64,000 nucleotides of DNA from Gnetum montanum (GCA_015680685.1 MNCI01000751.1:186001-250000); one strand, 5' to 3'; shown: positions 37,142 to 50,844, counted from the stretch's first letter. The notes: generated by a model from the sequence alone, not told the origin. A program made the numbers and translations.

Positions 37142-37863
37142 TGATATTTATTATTTTAAGTTTTATGTTCTTGGTGCTTAAAAATAAAGAGATGAAGTAA
37201 TTTAATAAGTAATTTAATTTAACTAATTAATTAATATCTAACTAATCCTAACATAAGTATTCGATTCCACTTTTTGTACACATCTTAAACCCATGTATCC
37301 ACTATTGGGATTACCAAGCACTATGCTACTGGGTGACCAAGCAATAACACTGCTGGGATTACTAAGTGAATACATGTTTTCACTTGAAGTGTTCGTAGTT
37401 ATGTGTTTAACCTATTTAGCTTAATTAATTAACTAATTAATTGAAGTCTAGCTTAGCTTAATTAGTTGCATGATTAATAAAAATGGTAAATTCAAAAATA
37501 AATAATTTATCTATTCTAGGTGTTGCAAGGTTTGATCAAAAGGCTTGTCTTTATTATTATTCACACTGGTGTGTTTAGGTACAACAGTGCTCGAATAAAG
37601 ATCCATACACTTTTTGATTCTTGTTGCAGGCACTTAGAGAAATATTCTAACTCTCAAATGACAAAACTACAAGAAATTTGTAGAATTATGATTTCTTTTT
37701 TCTTTTTATAAAAATGGTTGGTGAGCATGTATTTATAGACTTTATTATGGAACTATGTCAACAAGGCCCCATAGACGTAGTAAACATTGCCACATTGATA
37801 GGGTCCCATCAACGAGGCCACATTAATAGGGGCCCATCAATGTAACACTTTGATGCTTCATCA
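37142..37863 (-). repeat. Probable 3' LTR of D (~720 bp)
   Basis: TGAT...ATCA termini; CTATAAATA on the minus strand at ~37730; homology to the gene of C stops near 37141. Confidence 0.6.
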
Positions 37864-38069
37864 TATCCCTACAACTAAGTGAAATCTTGTCCTCAAGTTC
37901 CTTTAAAAATTGGAAAGTTATGGAATTATTGACTAACTCTTGACATAACAAATTTACTTGACAAAACTTAGTGCCAGAGTGTACAAATTAACAACATTAC
38001 AAAAATTGTGGTGTTTGTGACACAAATTTGAACACCATGACATGACTACTCAAAATTGGATAGCACATC

Positions 38070-38626
38070 CTCTAATGGCATGAAGGTGGTTGAGAAGATC
38101 AAACAGTCCTAGGTGGTGAAGGCTCTTAAGGTTCTGAATGACCTTCACTAGCTTTGGATTCATGTGGCGGTTGAGGTAGCTATGGTTGTCCTACAACAAC
38201 AACTACCTTTGGTGGAAGGCGGAAGGCATCTAGTAATGTCTTTATCTTCTCATCCTTGCTCCAGGGATCATTCATAGTTCACACAACATCATTAATGTGG
38301 GCTGGAACTAGGATATCCCATAGAAAGGGAATTATTAGGAACAACTCCTTAATGTTGACAAACTAGGTAGTGAATTGTTTGCATTCAACATTGAACACCT
38401 TGACTACATTCTGCAACTCATGATAGTCATTCATTCTTTTCACCAAGTTCTTGGAAATAGATATTTTATTGATGTATTTGCCCTTGAGAACCTCAAGTTC
38501 AGTGTTCACCACCACAAGCTTTTGCTTGGTGTCCTTGTGATGCATGAACTCGGCCTCATAGAACAAGTATGAGCTTGTCACCTACTTTTACAATTTTGAC
38601 CATAGCCATCTAGTAGTTAACATAGC
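38070..38626 (-). pseudogene. C-terminal coiled-coil part of the accessory ORF of D
   Basis: Joins in frame across B: VELANLRYANQAM|LTTRWLWSKL...FYEAEFMHHKDTKQKL. Confidence 0.75.
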
Positions 38627-40310
38627 TATAGCGACCGAAAATGTCAACGGCTGGAAAACACCGAGGGGTCGTTGGGCACGATAGTTTTGACCTCGTACCC
38701 ATGGGAGGGCTATGCTGGGTGTGAGTGGATATGGGGCACCTTGAATAGTCTGGTCGATCAAACAGGGACTTAATTGACGTCTATATAGCCTTTTGCAAGA
38801 TATAGTTTTGAAAACAGGAAAAAAATGCCAAGTAATGCTTGAAAGTAAATAAAGTAGAAAAAAATAGTGCAAAGCGCAGTAATAAGTAGGAAACAAAGTA
38901 AAATGCAGTTAGGAAAATGCATCGCTTCGAAGCTACAGGTTTTCTCTGTCAAGGTGGATACAGTTGATTGCACAGCATGGCAGAGTGTAGAGATCTCAAG
39001 AGTAACCAAGACATGCAAGCAAAATAGGTTGTGCACTTGGGCATGGACTTGGGTGCTGACGATGCGGGGATTCTACCAAGGTGGTAGAAGGGGGATGGAA
39101 CAAAATGCCAGCTAAAAATGCTAACTATTTGTAGTGTCAAATAGAAAGCTTACAATGCTTGATGCTAGAATGTGCTGGGAAGAGAACTTGAGTGCCAGAG
39201 GAGAAGTTGAAGGATCCAGAAAATATTCCAACTTTTGAATGCTGCTTGTTGGAAAAAATTCCAAACTTCTTTGAATGCTACTACTTGTAAGAAATTCCAA
39301 CCAGACGTTTTTTTGAATGCCGCTTGTTGGGGTATATATAGGAATAAGGGCATGCAAAAGGGGTGGTTTGGACGCCATGTGCCTTAGGCCCATGTTGACT
39401 TGCTTGTGCTGCATGTGCCATGCATGATCATTGGACTTGCATGACTATTGTAATGCAAGTTTGCCATGCCGTAACTATGAGCCTACCATGCCGTAATTGC
39501 ACAGTCAGTGTCTAGAGATGTGTGCCAACGGTCCAATTAGGTGAAGTGCATTGATGTCGCACAACCACCCGCATGCCTTGCTGTGCTTTGTAGCGTAGCA
39601 TGCTTGGTATAGCGTAGCACCTTATCGCGTGTTCTGCTACATGTGTATTGCATGCTTGCTATGCTATGCTACGCTACGTAGCATAGCGACTGGCCTTAGT
39701 CGCAAAAACTTTGCCAACTTACAAACTTTGCTTCTTGTGTTGCGAGACTCGCAAACTTGCTAATTCTCCCCTTTGAGTTGCCTTTTGTCTCTTCCACATG
39801 ATTGCTATGCCTCACTGCACCATGTAGCTCAGCGTAGCATAGCAACAGACATGGTCCCCACTTCCTGACAGAAAGGGACATTGTTGAAGGACTTGGAGTT
39901 GAGCGAGGGAACTGGTTGTATAGCTCTTGCCATGCTACGCTATGCTGCGTAGCATAGCATAGCATGGCACTTTGTTCCACAATTGTTTCCTGAAGCTTGC
40001 TACGCTACATAGTGGGGTATAGCGTAGTGTAGCAGACTTTGTGAATTTGAAATCTTACCGAACTGTTCCATGCATCTTGAACGCTGCTGTCAACTTCATG
40101 CACTATCTTTGAGTAGGCTGTCGGCTGGGCAAACTACTTAGGTAGATAGGTGGGATGATTTGTAGAGCCTGTTTACATCTAAAGTAGAAAATTTTCCGAA
40201 TAGGCCAGCCCGAATTCAGAATGTTCTCCTCCTGAAGAACTGTCGTTTTGCTGTGTGAATTGTAAGGCTTGGTGAAGCAAGAATGACTTCGAAGTTTTTG
40301 GGGTATTTCA
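38627..40310 (-). repeat. 3' LTR of B (1684 bp)
   Basis: Colinear with 55291-56995; minus strand reads TGAAATACC...GCTATA. Confidence 0.95.
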
Positions 40311-40314
40311 TTGG

Positions 40315-40323
40315 CCCCTCTTT
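40315..40323 (-). promoter_or_regulatory. Polypurine tract of B
   Basis: CCCCTCTTT on the plus strand = AAAGAGGGG. Confidence 0.85.
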
Positions 40324-41204
40324 GTCGACGTCTAGAGGACGGACTCGATAGACGTCGATAAAGAATACGAAACACCGCAGTAGGCAAAATGCTGAGGTTG
40401 TCACTCGGTGAGTGTTGAGATGTCACTTGGCCACACTTGAGAGTGTTGCATTGGTTTTGCAGAGGTTAAGGCAGAGAGCAAAGATGATGTTTAGCAGAGT
40501 CCCTCGTCGGAGTGGTCATGAGGGACTCATTCACATTTTTATCTTTGGTTGGTGCTATTCTTCAACCTCTTGTAGGGTAGGTGTTTCCCTCGTAGGATGA
40601 GTTGCATTACATCCATGAAGGGTTTTGACCTGCCTATAGATGCTTTCCATACAATGAGTTGTGTTAAGCATGTCATAAAATTTGCACTCTGAAGCGGCTG
40701 AGCTAGCTGAGGCACTCTCTTCGCGACGCTGTAGCATTTGCTGTTGTAGTAAGACATGCCTGCAGGGGCAAAGGTCTTTCTGGCTGCTGGCATTGTTGAA
40801 GCTGTTGGGCATCATTGCTGGTGTGTGATGTCCAAAGCAGGAAGGCCAGCAGCAGCCTTGACAGAACTAGCGTGGAGAAGCTAGCCTCTAAGGCGCCGGG
40901 AGTTGCTGTGGGTGCGGATGCTCTGGAATCCCTGCCAAAGGCATGCATTCTCATTTCAGCTATGGGATTAGCTACCACATAGCTAAACGTCATGCGAGCC
41001 AAGGCATTGGTAGGGGTATGGAGAGTAACAATATTGTGGTTGAGCCACAATACTATTGGAACTCCAACTACAGGAACTAGCCAAGGAACTACAATCAGGG
41101 CAATGGGCCATGGCGACGGTAGGTCCGAAGGGTCGGTATCATGTCATATGATATTTTTGGAGGGTCAGCATGATGCCAAGGATGGTGGTGTTGTGTGTGT
41201 TCCA

Positions 41205-41644
41205 NNNNNNNNNNNNNNNNNNNNNNNNNNNNNNNNNNNNNNNNNNNNNNNNNNNNNNNNNNNNNNNNNNNNNNNNNNNNNNNNNNNNNNNNNNNNNNNN
41301 NNNNNNNNNNNNNNNNNNNNNNNNNNNNNNNNNNNNNNNNNNNNNNNNNNNNNNNNNNNNNNNNNNNNNNNNNNNNNNNNNNNNNNNNNNNNNNNNNNNN
41401 NNNNNNNNNNNNNNNNNNNNNNNNNNNNNNNNNNNNNNNNNNNNNNNNNNNNNNNNNNNNNNNNNNNNNNNNNNNNNNNNNNNNNNNNNNNNNNNNNNNN
41501 NNNNNNNNNNNNNNNNNNNNNNNNNNNNNNNNNNNNNNNNNNNNNNNNNNNNNNNNNNNNNNNNNNNNNNNNNNNNNNNNNNNNNNNNNNNNNNNNNNNN
41601 NNNNNNNNNNNNNNNNNNNNNNNNNNNNNNNNNNNNNNNNNNNN
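41205..41644. other. Assembly gap (N run) at the position where A has its 3' UTR tandem array
   Basis: Run of n directly after the integrase stop. Confidence 1.
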
Positions 41645-41668
41645 GATGGTGGTGGCTGTTGTTGTGCT

Positions 41669-44600
41669 TCAGACGTAGTATGGCTTAAGGTACGAGTGAT
41701 TTACCAGGTTGGTGAACTCGTTGCCGTCCATGTCCGCCAGCTTGAAGTCTCCATTCTCAAAGGCTTTAGTGACCACGTAAGGACCTTCCCAGTTGGCTGA
41801 GAATTTTCTCACGTGCTCATGGGAAGCCTTGAGGACAAGGTCTCCCTTCTGCACTGGCCATCGATGCGGGTTTGCACAGTGCTTCTGCTGCTGCTTACTC
41901 TGGTAGTGCTTGATGCATCTTAGTGTCTGCACATGGTCCTCCTCTATTAAGTCGAGGTCGATGATTCTCAACTTGTTGTTTTGGGCTTCACTCATGATGT
42001 TGGATAGGATCATCCGGAGTGATGGTATCTGCAACTCAAGAGGCAACACAACTTCAGATCCATAAACAAGGTTGTAAGGGGCCTTACTTGTGGCAGTCCT
42101 GCACGTCGTTCAGTAGGCCCACAGAATGTAGAGGATTTGCTCATGCCACGACCTCTTACTATTGTTAAGCATCCGCTTTAGCAAGTTGATGAGGGACTTA
42201 TTTGTAGCCTCCGCCTATCTGTTCGCCTACAGATAGTATAGTGAGAAAAATGATTGTTTAATTCTTAGATTGCTATAGAAGGTTCAGGTTTTTGTACTGC
42301 TAAACTATGGTCCATTGTTGGTCACAATAGTCATTGGAAGCCCGAACCTTGTTACGATGTTATCAAGGATGAAATGGAAGATTTGCTGAGACGTCTTCTT
42401 CCTTAGGGGAATAGCTTCCACCCACTTGGTGAAGTACTTAGTGGTAGTGATAATGAAACTATGCCCTACGGAGGACTTAGGTGTGATAGGCCCTATGAGG
42501 TCTAGTTCCCATCGTTGGAAGGGCCACATGATTTGCATTGGATGCAGGTCCGTAGGTGCTATGTGTATGAGATTTGCGTATCTCTAGCACGTGTTGCACG
42601 TCTTGACTTTTGGCAGGCAGTCACGCTCCATGTGGGGCTAGTAGTACCCTAGACATCTAATTTTTGTAGCCATAGCCTTGGGTGCTATGTGTCCACCACA
42701 CAGCCCCTCATGCACTTCATTAACTACCTTCTACACTTGCTCGCCACCCACGCATGCTAGCAATATCCCATCATAGGAGCGTCGACATAGGGCATCATTT
42801 CCCATGAGCACGTATTGCTAGGGGCATGCTTACAGATTACATCTCTCTGGGCAGATGTCAATCCACTTGGGGGTTTGCCATGCTGTAGATAACTTTTAAC
42901 ATTGGAATACCACTCCTGGGTATTCGTAGCACTGACAAAGGCCACATGTTCCACCTGAGTGATAGGCTCTACGCATTCTATAATCGAGGTTGGCAGGTTT
43001 TCCAAGGAATGTGATGGAATGTTTAACACAAGGGTAGCTAAGGTGTCTGCCACAGTGTTCTCGTTGCATGACACATGTTGCACATCTGTGGTCACAAATT
43101 GCTTAAGCAGGATTTTTGCTAGGTCGCAGTAGGGTTGCAGGTGCGTAGCCTTGCAGGCGTAGACCTTGGTGATTTGATTCATGACTAGTTGTGAATCTCC
43201 CTAGACTACCAGGTGTTGTATGAGCGATGCTCAGGTAGTTAAGAGGCCTCTGAGTAGCCCCTTGTATTCTGCCACATTGTTGGTGCAAGGGAATGTAAAA
43301 CGATAAGCGGATGGATGCATTTCCCCAAAGGGGAACGTGATGATGGTAGTGGCGCTACCTCCTCGCACGGTTGAGGCACCGTCGAAGTGTAAAGTGGCTT
43401 CAAAATGTGATGGGACGATGTTGACATTGCTAACGTATTTATCTAGGAATTCGGGGTCTATGGTTGTCTGGTCGTCGACTAGCGAGGCCGTGAGTTGGGT
43501 CGCTATGGCTTGACCCTTTGTCAACGATTGACTTACATAGCGTAAATCGAACTCCATGGTTATTGCCTTCCATCAGGCTATCTTGCTACTTTCGTATAGG
43601 TTGTTAGCAATAGCCCAGAGTATATTACTTTTACAAATGATATTGGTTGTACCGTGGAATAGGTAATGCATCCACTTTTTTAGTGCGAACACTAAGGAAA
43701 GGCAGTTCCTCTCCACTTCGTTGTATTTCGCCTCATGCGCTATTAGTGCGTGGCTCAGATAATACACTGGTATCTTAGAATTGTCATCTTGCTTCTGACA
43801 TAGTAGTGCTACAACAGATGTGTCAGCGGTGGCGAGGTAGATAAAGAAGGGTTTATCCCTTTGTGGCGGATGCATAGTCGGGAGGTGTGAGAGTTCCTTC
43901 TTCAGGCCATTGAAGGCTTGTTGACACTAGGTTGTCCACTCAAAGTTAACCCCTTTCTTTAGAAGATGTTGCATGGGATGTAACTTGTTGGTCAACCTTG
44001 CTATGAACCTTGGAATGAATTGCACTGTACCTTGCAAACCATGTAACTCCTTAAGGTTTGTGGGAGGCGCCAGGTTGACGATGGTCTTGAGTTTTTTAGG
44101 GTCCACCCATATTCTAGCCTCTGATACTACAAACCCTAACATGTGTCCAGTTTTCACCCCGAAGATGCACTTCTTAGGATTGAGGCGTAATTCATGCATT
44201 CGATAGCATTTGAGGACTACCCCTAGATTGCGTGGATGATCAGCTGCCTCCTTGGGCTTGACTGCTATATCATCCACGTAGTTGTTTAACGTTTCTAGGA
44301 TGTAGTTACTAAAAATGTAAGTCATGGCTCACTGGTAAATTGCTCTAGCATTCTTGAGCTCGAAGGGCATCATAGTGTAGTAGAAGGTCCCCCATGGGGT
44401 TATGAAGGTTGTTGACAGCTGGTGCTTTGGGTTAATGCAAATTTGGTTGTATCCGGAGAAACCATCCATGAAGGATAGCAGAGCATGACCATCCATGGTG
44501 TCGATGAGCTGATCAATGCTTGGAAGTGGGAAGTTGTCCATGATTGCTGCCTTGTTCAGGTCCCATAAATCTATATAGATTTGTATTCCTCCCATTTTCT

Positions 44601-45088
44601 GTAAAACCACAACGATGTTGAACACCCACTCTGAATATTCAACCACACGGATGATACCAGCTTGGTGATTTCATCCCTCACGGCTGGTGCGATTTTTGGC
44701 TTAACTTTGCAAGCCTTCTACTTGACTGCCTTCATGTGTGGGTCTAGGATGATGTTGTGCTGAATCAGCCATGGATCTAGACCCAACATGTCACTGTACG
44801 ACCATGCGAAGACATTGATATTATCTTGCAGAATCTTGGCTACATTTTTGTGCATTTGTGTATCTAGGAGGGAGCTGAGTCTTAACGTTTTCACCTCCCC
44901 CTTTGACATGGTCATAGGAATCTCAATGAGAGGGTCCTCAGTTACATCCCTAGCCTCTATGTCTAGTGCTTAGACCAGATGCTTGGGCCAATCTGGGGAT
45001 GCTTCTAAGGCTGCTACTATGCTAGTTGTGGTCGATCCCTAGTCGATCATGGTGGGGTTCAACTATCTCGTGAGCCTGCCCTGTGGCC
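41669..45088 (-). pseudogene. pol: RT-RH-aRH-INT of B
   Basis: FMDGFSGYNQI and YVDD (RT); LHFDGAS and TNNVAEYKGL (aRH); LDLIGPI, KWVEAIPL, WEGPY (INT). Confidence 0.96.
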
Positions 45089-45889
45089 CTGCTAACGTTA
45101 AAGACATGGAAAGGTTGTGATGGGTTTCCATCTCTTGCTTGTCCTATCATCATGAGATAAAAGCTTGGTTAAGAGGTGTCTTTTGGCAGAGATTATGTGT
45201 AACGAAGGTTTGCAAAGCAGCGATGAGATGCAACTTGTGAAGTATGATGATTGAAAGTTTGCCAATTTAGGGTCATGGTTGACTGCCAAGGTGCAAGAGT
45301 GTAGAACTGCTAAAGGTGTAAAATTGCTAATGCAGAGTGCAAAGCTGTGTCGACATATGCAAATGCCAAACTGCTAGTTTAGTGTCATTTCGGACTGCCA
45401 AATTGTAACATACAAAGTCTTAACATGCAAAATGATAGTATGCAAAACGGGAAACCACGGGTATGAGAAGTGCCAAACCGTCAACGTGAAAATATGAACT
45501 GCTATCATGAAAACATGAAACTGCTAGAGTTGTGACACTGCCAATGTGGAAGAAGATGCAAAAATCGCCTATGTAAGCATGTGGTGTTGTTAGTTTAATG
45601 TCATTGCGGACTACAAACGTAATAGGTTGAAACTTCTAGTTTAGGGTCTTTTCAGACCCTTAGAGGTGCAACTATGCTAGGATTGCTAGTTTAAGGTCTT
45701 TTCAGACCCTTAATCAAAAAAAAAAATATATATTTTTTTATTTTTGGAAAAGTAAGTGGTTGGTTTGAAGTGTGTCAAAGCTTTAATGCCAATAGTGCTA
45801 GGATGTCGTGGTGAGCATGGTACGTTGTACAGCATGCTTCGCATTAATTGGAGAGAGAGCGGCAAGTTTCCCTATATTATCATTACGAC

Positions 45890-45897
45890 CATAAATA
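45890..45897 (+). promoter_or_regulatory. Candidate TATA box of the antisense gene of B
   Basis: CATAAATAGG ~155 nt before ATG 46049; equivalent TATAAATAGG ~130 nt before the ATG in A. Confidence 0.55.
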
Positions 45898-46048
45898 GGG
45901 GTTAAACCTTGGTAATTTTGCCATTCTCCATCGTAAGAGTGTAGAGCCTACATCGGAGCACAAGGTGATTTCAAAGCGCAAAGCAATTGTGTTAACGACT
46001 AACAAGGCAAGTTTTTATAGAGAAGGGTGTAAATCTGCAAGAAGGACA

Positions 46049-49000
46049 ATGGCTCTTAAGACTCATCTAGTGCTCGCAAAGGTTGAGAAGGCGAAGAAGA
46101 CCCTAGGGCACGTGACACAATCACGCGTTGCGATGTGGAAGAGCACACCGTTGACCCATTAGGTTACTGTGCTTCCTTTGCTTTTTTATTTTGTGCTTTC
46201 TGTTGTTCTCTACTTTTGTTTTGCATCCTATTTTCTTTGCGTTCATTCTTGGTTGCCCATGTTTTCTGTGGTCGCATCATTTTGGCCTTTGCATCGCCCC
46301 TGTCACCATTTAGGCTACGATAGATGCATAATTGTTATGTCATAGTTGCATGCAAGGTCACTTAAACTGTCACTGCTACAGTCATCATAACCGTGGGGGC
46401 TAGGGCTATTTAAGTTGCTTGACCTTTGCATGGCGTGATGTAGGACCCTCAAGAGGGTTAGGCTATGCATTTTTTATTAGGGAATGTTGTCGATTGCTCT
46501 GTTGCTACGCTAAGATTTTTGTTTTGCATGTTTTTTCTATGCTACACTTTTGTGTTCTTGCTATGCTATGTGCGAGGAGAGGGTTATGCTATGCCACATG
46601 CATGAACTATGAGTTGTTGTTACACTGCATGTGTATTGCACTTAGGCATGATGCTAACGCTCATTGATGGGTTGCATAGGACGAGGCTGAGGCCTAGGCT
46701 GATTGTTTTGGAGATTAGAGGGGTCCTGTGCCATGTGGGCAGACCTATGGCCAATGTTCCTCCTCCCTAGATATGTGTGGGGGAGCGGGGGTATGGTTCA
46801 GGAAGGGGGCATAGGGCTTTTTGCAATTCCTTCTTGACCACTTTAGTGTGATCGTTTGGTCCTCCATGGAGGAGGAGGAGGCGTCCAGTATAAAAGAAGC
46901 CATTTTGCCTAGGGCGAGTCGAGGCATTCTAAGGTTTTTGATCGATGGGGCGATCATGAGCAGGCAAGGGGAAGGATCTAGTCAGCACCCAACAGGGTGA
47001 AGGCGCTTGGTTTGGATCTGGAAAATGCTTGAGTATAGCTGCTACCACCATTTCAACACATTGTTCCTTGCATGTTTTATGATGATGTGCTTTCAGAATC
47101 CTCAAGGAACTGTCTATTGTGCCGGCGGGTGGGTTTTGCAGCTTTGTTCTACCATGTTTGTGCGATGCTGGCCATAGTGGCCTAATGCTAATAGTATTCT
47201 CTTACTATCAGGTTCTTCATCAACGAGGATGGGGTTCATGACCTACCGGATTTACTAGCTACAGCACAATTGGCCTTGTAGGAGTTCTCTTCTGCTGAGA
47301 ACCTTCAGGCAGGCGTGATTGGTCAATGCGAGGGTGAATAATACACCTACCTAGATGTATATTCTTCCCTCTACAATCAGTGCAGGGGGTAGGATTGGCT
47401 AGATGAGATGTGGATGAAGCACTTTAAACTGTTTATGGTTGAATAGGCTTTGGTTGCACTCCCAAAGTTCCCACTGCCATACCGACCTGGTAGGTTGAGT
47501 GGTAAGTGCCACATGTGTAAGTGTCTTTGCAATTTTTGAATTCTCTACATTTTTTGCTAAATGTTCTTTGTGGAACTGTTGTAGGGGCAAAGAAGCCTCA
47601 AGAGGTGACAGTGGTTACCGCCGAGGCACAGGGGGCGAATGTCTACTTCAAGTATGGGGAAGTAGAGATGAGCCAACACTAGTTGAATGGTGGGGCTTTA
47701 GAATCCTTGGTCCAGAACATTGAAAAGGTGGGGCTTCTGGATCTATTCTTGAGCTTGAATCTAGGCGTTCCTGCCACCGAGATGCTCACCCTAGTCGAGT
47801 CCTTCTTCGACAAAGTAGGCCGCTTTCGCCTGCGTGTGAATGGCATGCGAGTGATCATTGACATCAATGACCAACTGTTCGTAGACCTCTTCGGTGTCCC
47901 TGCTGAAGGTATTTTGATAGGGTCAAAATCCAAGACGGAGTTGACCCTCTAGAAGAAGGACCTTCAAGAGTGGTTAGGGCTCACCGAGGAGTGTAAGGGG
48001 CTCCCTATGAACAAACTCAAGAAGGAACCCACCAAGGAGTTCTACCCTATCTTCCGTGCTCACACATTCCCCTAGCTACTCACCCAGGGAAAGGTCCTGG
48101 GGCTTGAGCAGGCCTAGGTCATGCGTGAGGTTATGGAGGAGGGGACCCATTACAACTGGGCTGAGCCCCTGTGTAAAGGATTGTGGACTGAAATCTTGGG
48201 GAACTGTATGAAAATGGAGTCCTGTTCCAACATCCACTACACCTTCTACATAGGCTATCTTAAGTGCTTCGCGGAGTTCTTGGTGGTTTGGGAGAAAGGA
48301 GGCTAGGTTGTGCAAAATCGTGACCAGATTTTCAGACCATGGATTCACCAGGTCTTTCGTACCATCTGAGCCGAGGATCCCCCAGAAATGATTGGGGGGT
48401 CATTTTCTGTAACAATGAAGGACTGGGTGGCCTGCAATGTTCATGGCTAGAATAGTGTAGGCGAGATGCCCCCTGGCATGGACGGTAGCGTATCACAGGG
48501 TGGACGTCTCATGGTTGAGACTATGGCCAACAAGTTGCCGCAGAAGAGGCCTTCCCTAGTGAAGGAAATCCTTTGTGTGAGGGAGGAGGAGGGGTGAAGA
48601 TTGCAGCTTAAACTACAGAGGACGCGACCTCCTGTTGGTAAGTCCTTTCGTTCAATGCTTACTTTGTTGTTGTCTGCTACGCTAGGTGGCGTAGCGTAGC
48701 ATAGCATCTACCTTAGGCCTACTTGGTTTGAAATAATTTAAATGCATTTTTTTGACCACTAGAAGAAAAAGAACAACGTGATGAAGAGGTGTTGGCCCTT
48801 AGGATAGAGATAACAAATAAAGATGCGGGGGCCCCAGTCTTAGAGAGAAGGGCCCTGGTCGAAAAGCAGAGAGCTCATGCAGCTAGGGCAGGGGCTCTCG
48901 TTATTAGGGAGAATCATCCTATTGAGGAATCTTCCTTGAATAAAAAAGATGCTAGTCTCCTCAAAGGAAAAGCACCAGCGCATGAAGAGGAGGTCCACAG

Positions 49001-50434
49001 GGACCTGGGAGGAACTTCTTGCCAGGCTTCTGTCATCGTTTTACATCATCCAAAAGAGAGACCGGAGCCAGGCGTTGGTGAGTTTGGCAATATGTCTACC
49101 TTGTCTTAGTCCGTTTTGTTCATTGCTAATGTGTTTGGCTATGTGACAGATGCTATTGCTGATGCCACGGGACCTCCTCTAGTTCACGTAGGATCCTAGG
49201 TTGAAATCCCCAACAAATTCATGTATATGCAGGGGATTGTTGATGACATGATTAATCACCTTCAACAGGTGGACCCTGAGGTGGGTAAGTAGTAGTGCTA
49301 TTTGCTCTCATGTTGTTATGCTAAAATTTCTTGCATTTTCTGCTCGTGTTATGCTAACATGACTAGTGTGTTCTTCATGTCATGGCAGCTTCTCAACTCA
49401 AGTGGGACCCGACACGACCTTTGAAAGTTGGTGCTATGTTCACATTCCCATTGGACGTGACCAAGGTGTCTTGTTGTGCATACGACAAGGTCTACAAATG
49501 TGCTTTGCACTCGGTGCACTCCCTGTGGGAGTTCAAACGTACCAACGAGGAGCTATGGAAGTGAGCCCAAAGGGCAGAGTAAAGAGAAGTTGATCTAAGG
49601 GCCAAGGTGGAGGACCTCAAGTTGAGGAACGAGTTTCTCATGGCCCGTAGCACTAACAACGAGGACTGGTGCATAGCCGTGGTTGACCACGCCAAGTTTT
49701 GGATAGTTGCACGTCAGAATGTCGAGACTACCCACAAATTGATAAAGCAGCAGATGCATATGGACCTACTATATCAGAAGTGTTAGGATCTTAGAGACAT
49801 CAACGCGAAGATTTTCGAATGGGGGAACACCTAAAGAAACCATAAATATATGTATAAACAGGAAAATGCCACCCATTGTAAATTATAAGAAGACGTTGCT
49901 GTGAAGGCATTTATGTATGAAGCATTCATAAATGCCATTGACGCTTCTGAGGCCTATACCAGGTTTAGAGAGCAGGTCAAGGTTACGAAATCTCCTGACT
50001 GGAAGGTGGCCCTTCCCACAGGAGAGACTGCGACCGTCTCCTTTTCTTCAGGTATGATAATGTGGACACTCGTCGAAAGGGAGAGAGCTGCTGTAGCAGA
50101 TGCTACATTAGGCAAGAGGCATTGGGTTGATATCATAACAGAGGGGGTCTAGCGTCATCTCAAGATTGGTTTAGACCAGGTACCCTTCGAGATGGACCCG
50201 GGCCCTTCTCAGGTTAGCCACTTTCTATCATGTTGATGTTTATGCTCGGTTGTAGTTTGCGTTTGTTGCCCTAATTGACCACTTCACCCCTATGATGCAG
50301 GCCCTAGGTGATGGCGCGACACCCGTAGAGGGAGGAAATGAAGAGCTGGCAAGGGACAAAGCAGGGAAAGGTGATGCACAAGGAAATGATGCGGGAACGG
50401 AAGGTGAAAACAACACAAATAGAGACAACCCATG
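46049..50434 (+). pseudogene. Antisense multi-exon accessory gene of B (~7 exons): NIF/FCP1-like domain, plant-transposon accessory domain, coiled coil
   Basis: Approximate exons 46049-46162, 46680-~47501, 47584-48637, 48763-49077, 49150-49284, 49389-50212, 50301-~50434; GT...AG introns that are T-rich, several with CTAA(C/T) branch sites. Confidence 0.82.
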
Positions 50435-50844
50435 ACTGCATGGGATTTTTTTTTGAAAATTTGAAATTTTGGATTTTTTTTTGCAACTTTGTGTAATGAA
50501 TTTTTCCAACATTGAAAAACAATAGTTTTGAATAAAGCTAGAGGATTTTGCGCTAACTTGTGTATTGCATACGTGCGTTTTGTATAAAATGTTCATGCTT
50601 TCATGTGCTAGTTTTAGGCCATCTCGGGCCATTGCGTAACATTCCAAAGAGATGATGCATCAACCACTTGAACAAAGGCTAACTGGTAACTTATGCTAGT
50701 TTTAGACCATTTTGGGTCATAGCATAGTTTTAGGGCATTTCGGGCCGTTGCACATTGCTAGTTTTAGGCCGTTTAGGGCCGTAGCGTGGAAGCATATGAG
50801 TAGTGTGTGGGCAGGAAGCAGTGGGGTTGCTATGCTAGGCGAAG

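Noticed and set aside
40992-41800. Long ORFs spanning N runs (also 2688-3214)
   Set aside because: Artefacts of assembly gaps.
46049-50434. Spliced gene interpreted as a host gene
   Set aside because: It lies inside a TSD-bounded element and recurs at the same position in A and C.
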